From positions 1 to 64,000 of the IMG/VR virus record IMGVR_UViG_3300005253_000361: DNA of 64,000 nucleotides; one strand, given 5' to 3'. Made by a program: the position numbers and the translations under genes. How positions within the stretch are numbered: the stretch's first letter is position 1; every line of letters begins with the position of its first letter. This DNA is from a virus. A model generated the notes under the pieces. That model was not told the origin of the DNA. It saw only the letters and a program-made list of their open reading frames with translations, and made no database searches. Positions 61,706 to 64,000 of the stretch are shown here, piece after piece.

Positions 61706-62109
61706 ATCAGGAGGTCCGCCACATCGGCAGTCTCGAGGTCCGCCAGATCTTTATCCGTCAGCGACGGATAGGCGAGCCCCAGCAACCGATCCACATATCC
61801 CGGGACGATCATCAGAATGTCCTGCATGATGGGCAGGAAATCCGTGGGCTGGAGTTTCATGAAGTCCAGCTTCTTGAACTCCGGAACATCCCGCACCAAC
61901 TCACCGAAGGTCTGCAGGATTTTGGCCTGGAGTTGCCACTTCAACTTCGGAAACGGAATCTTCTTCCCGTTCGAGGCGAGCTCGATCTCATCGGGTGGGA
62001 CGAAAACGTCCAGTTCGGGTTCGACCGGTACTTCTTCCTCGACCGCTACTGCGTCGGGAGCCTCGGTGGGCTCCTCCTTCGTGGGCGTTGCCTTGGGCAC
62101 CGCGATCAC
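61630..62109 (-). CDS. tail assembly chaperone (gpG-like)
   Basis: Between tail tube and tape measure genes; contains an in-frame slippery site. Confidence 0.7.
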   Translation of the reverse strand: MIAVPKATPTKEEPTEAPDAVAVEEEVPVEPELDVFVPPDEIELASNGKKIPFPKLKWQLQAKILQTFGELVRDVPEFKKLDFMKLQPTDFLPIMQDILMIVPGYVDRLLGLAYPSLTDKDLADLETADVADLLIPLFYAEGADLLTLMGKVSGRMSTP

Positions 62110-62120
62110 CTCCAGGTGAT

Positions 62121-62147
62121 AAAAAAGTAGGACGCATCAGGTGCGTC
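62121..62147 (-). terminator. intrinsic terminator-like hairpin after the tail tube gene
   Basis: GACGCA-CCTGA-TGCGTC followed by CTACTTTTTT on the minus strand. Confidence 0.5.
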
Positions 62148-62157
62148 AACCAGGTCC

Positions 62158-62709
62158 TTATTGCTTCTGGATCTGGAAATACCGATTCTTGTCGGCCAGA
62201 CTGCCACCAGCCCAGTCCGTGCTCGCCAGGACTGCGTCCCAACGATACGGGAACTTGTGCGAATCCTCGCCGAAACCGAGCGAGACCTCACCGTTGCCGA
62301 CAGCCTCCCAGATGCGGACATCAATCGTGCCGCCCGAGGGAGTCTGATGCTGGATCAGGAGAGCGATCTTTGCAGTGTTCGGGTCGCCTCCGAAGTCCAA
62401 CTTGCCGGAAACGGAGGTAACTCCGCAGCCGAGCGCCTGAGAGATTGCATACAGGTCCCATTCGAGACCGCTGCAGGAATAACCGACATCCTGCGACTGA
62501 TTGAACCTCTTGACCAGCGCACTGGGGTTGCCCTGACGCACATCGAGAACGGAAGTCCGGATCTCCAACTGAGAGCCGGACTCAACCGCGCCGAGATGAG
62601 TCGAGGGGGTGGTGCCTACCGGGCCGACATAGACCACACCGGGGCCGAACGACAAGTCGTTCTGGGTAATGGTGGGTACGTTGAGTGGTCCAGCCAAGTG
62701 ACGCCACAC
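62158..62709 (-). CDS. major tail tube protein
   Basis: FGPGVVYVGP...HLGAVESG N-terminal pattern; gene order. Confidence 0.7.
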   Translation of the reverse strand: MWRHLAGPLNVPTITQNDLSFGPGVVYVGPVGTTPSTHLGAVESGSQLEIRTSVLDVRQGNPSALVKRFNQSQDVGYSCSGLEWDLYAISQALGCGVTSVSGKLDFGGDPNTAKIALLIQHQTPSGGTIDVRIWEAVGNGEVSLGFGEDSHKFPYRWDAVLASTDWAGGSLADKNRYFQIQKQ

Positions 62710-62819
62710 CTCCTATGGTGCTTGGGGGTTAAACTACCGAGCCAGTGTAACGATGAAGAATTACCCGGGGCAATGCAACTCTCACCGGGACGTGGATAGC
62801 CGTGTAACGGCTCGACACC

Positions 62820-63050
62820 TCACGCGCTGTCGACCTCGTTAACGAGCCCACACCGACGACATGTCGTCTTGATCCACTGGGCGCGGCCGACCTCCACATA
62901 GAGATCCTTGTACTTGATCCGGGCCACATCCTTCGCCTTGTTCAGGTAGGCCAGGATGAACTTACACTCATCGCACCTCCATATCTGATCGGCCGGAAGA
63001 GCCGGGTTGCTGAATGAGCGCTTCTGCTCCTGCTTTTGTTGCTCCCTCAA
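62820..63050 (-). CDS. Mu Com-like zinc-finger protein
   Basis: WRCDECKFILA...TTCRRCGLVN. Confidence 0.6.
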   Translation of the reverse strand: MREQQKQEQKRSFSNPALPADQIWRCDECKFILAYLNKAKDVARIKYKDLYVEVGRAQWIKTTCRRCGLVNEVDSA

Positions 63051-63067
63051 AGGGATCAGTCATCCTT

Positions 63068-63499
63068 TCAGTCTTGGACAGGCTCCGTGTACTGCACGCT
63101 CCATAGAGCCGTCACGGTGTAGTCCTTCATGGCTTGATCGTAATTCCAGGTGGGGCCGCGCTTCTCGGTGGCGACACCGTAGACGCCGCCCCGGTCGAGC
63201 CGCACTCCGTCGATGACGTTGCGGAACAACCGGTAGCACCACGAGGCCTCCTCGTAATCCTCCTGGCTGAAGCTCCAGACCTGCATACCGGTATTCCGGA
63301 TACCCAGCTTGGAGTCGCCGCCAGCACCATAGACCCGGAAACACATCGCCGGCAGCTCCGCATCCCGAAGCTCCGCCGGTTCCGCGACGGTGATCCGGCC
63401 CCGCAGCTTTTCCCAGACAGCCGTGTCGGCTTGAAGCAGGCGCATGATAGCCACGGCCAGCAGCACCTCAGGATCCAGCGGGTTCGTCATGGTGCCCAT
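63068..63499 (-). CDS. tail terminator-like protein
   Basis: Position; LLQADTAV...RGRI...MQVWS pattern. Confidence 0.55.
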   Translation of the reverse strand: MGTMTNPLDPEVLLAVAIMRLLQADTAVWEKLRGRITVAEPAELRDAELPAMCFRVYGAGGDSKLGIRNTGMQVWSFSQEDYEEASWCYRLFRNVIDGVRLDRGGVYGVATEKRGPTWNYDQAMKDYTVTALWSVQYTEPVQD

Positions 63500-64000
63500 C
63501 AGGCCTCACACTCCTCAGTCGGTGGGGTGCCGAACAGAAGCGGCACCAGGGGGGCAAACTCTTCCTCCTCCAGGACCTCGCGAACGTGGTCGGGACAAAA
63601 GGTGTCGATCGGTGTACATGCGGCCGACATACCCCGTACGGAGGCCTCGAGATTCGGGATGTTGTTGTGGCCTTCCGGCAGCGACTGGAGGGCCTGCGCC
63701 AAGAACGCACGCCCCTCCTGGGCCTTCAAAACCCCGAGGGCCTCGAGTGCCATCGTGAACTCACTATCGAGCGCGATCGCCTTCTGCAGCATCCCCTCCG
63801 CGACCGCTCGATCGCCTGACTCGAGGAAGTGCATCGCGAGGTTGTAGTTGGTGGCGGCATCGAGCGGGCTATGAGCCAGCTGCCGAAGTCCGATCCGGAA
63901 ATACATCTTGAGCTTCCGCTTCAACTTCTCCGGGTCCGAGAGAAAACCTGCGTGATCAATCACGCACTCCGACCGCAAGATCTGAAGGTTGTGCTCCCGG
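63499..64000 (-). CDS. C-terminal part of a TPR-containing protein (probably GT2-TPR glycosyltransferase), truncated by the window edge
   Basis: IDHAGF...KLKMY followed by TPR-like NYNLAMHF...KAIALDSEF. Confidence 0.5.
   Translation of the reverse strand, partial: REHNLQILRSECVIDHAGFLSDPEKLKRKLKMYFRIGLRQLAHSPLDAATNYNLAMHFLESGDRAVAEGMLQKAIALDSEFTMALEALGVLKAQEGRAFLAQALQSLPEGHNNIPNLEASVRGMSAACTPIDTFCPDHVREVLEEEEFAPLVPLLFGTPPTEECEA

Noticed and set aside
1-64000. tRNA or rRNA genes
   Set aside because: I recognised none by eye. A tRNAscan-SE or Infernal run would be needed to exclude them.

Overview
This window is about 64 kb of a GC-rich tailed (siphovirus-like) bacteriophage or prophage genome with two convergent arms meeting near 33.7 kb. 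All product calls come from motif recognition by eye; no database searches were run. The left arm (+ strand, about 0.3-33.6 kb) is a dense array of mostly small genes that look like early or host-takeover functions. It includes an ArdA-like protein, a RadC/JAB protein, a DUF932 protein, a metallophosphoesterase, a radical SAM enzyme, a gp88-like protein, a Topo VI-A-like TOPRIM protein, a PC4-like protein, a methyltransferase, a GT4 glycosyltransferase, KTSC, HTH proteins, a HicA-like protein, RtcB and a short tyrosine recombinase. Many of these genes carry a repeated upstream module: a GGCAA-N3-TTGCC palindrome and/or a hairpin with a UGAGGR loop and co-varying stem, followed by a long AAGGAGRGGG Shine-Dalgarno sequence. 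The right arm (- strand) holds the tail genes (terminator, tube, frameshifting chaperone, tape measure, distal tail/hub, two paralogous fibres), lysis genes and glycosyltransferases. The best candidate for an undescribed system sits directly after the tail fibres. It is a 466-aa protein made of about 30 eleven-residue (H-x-N)(Y/H/W-x-D)(H-x-D)-x-A repeats, followed by an intein-interrupted radical SAM/SPASM maturase whose own C-terminus carries the same repeat, then an LGFPPCC protein and a BCS1-like AAA ATPase. This suggests RiPP-style post-translational cross-linking of a virion protein.
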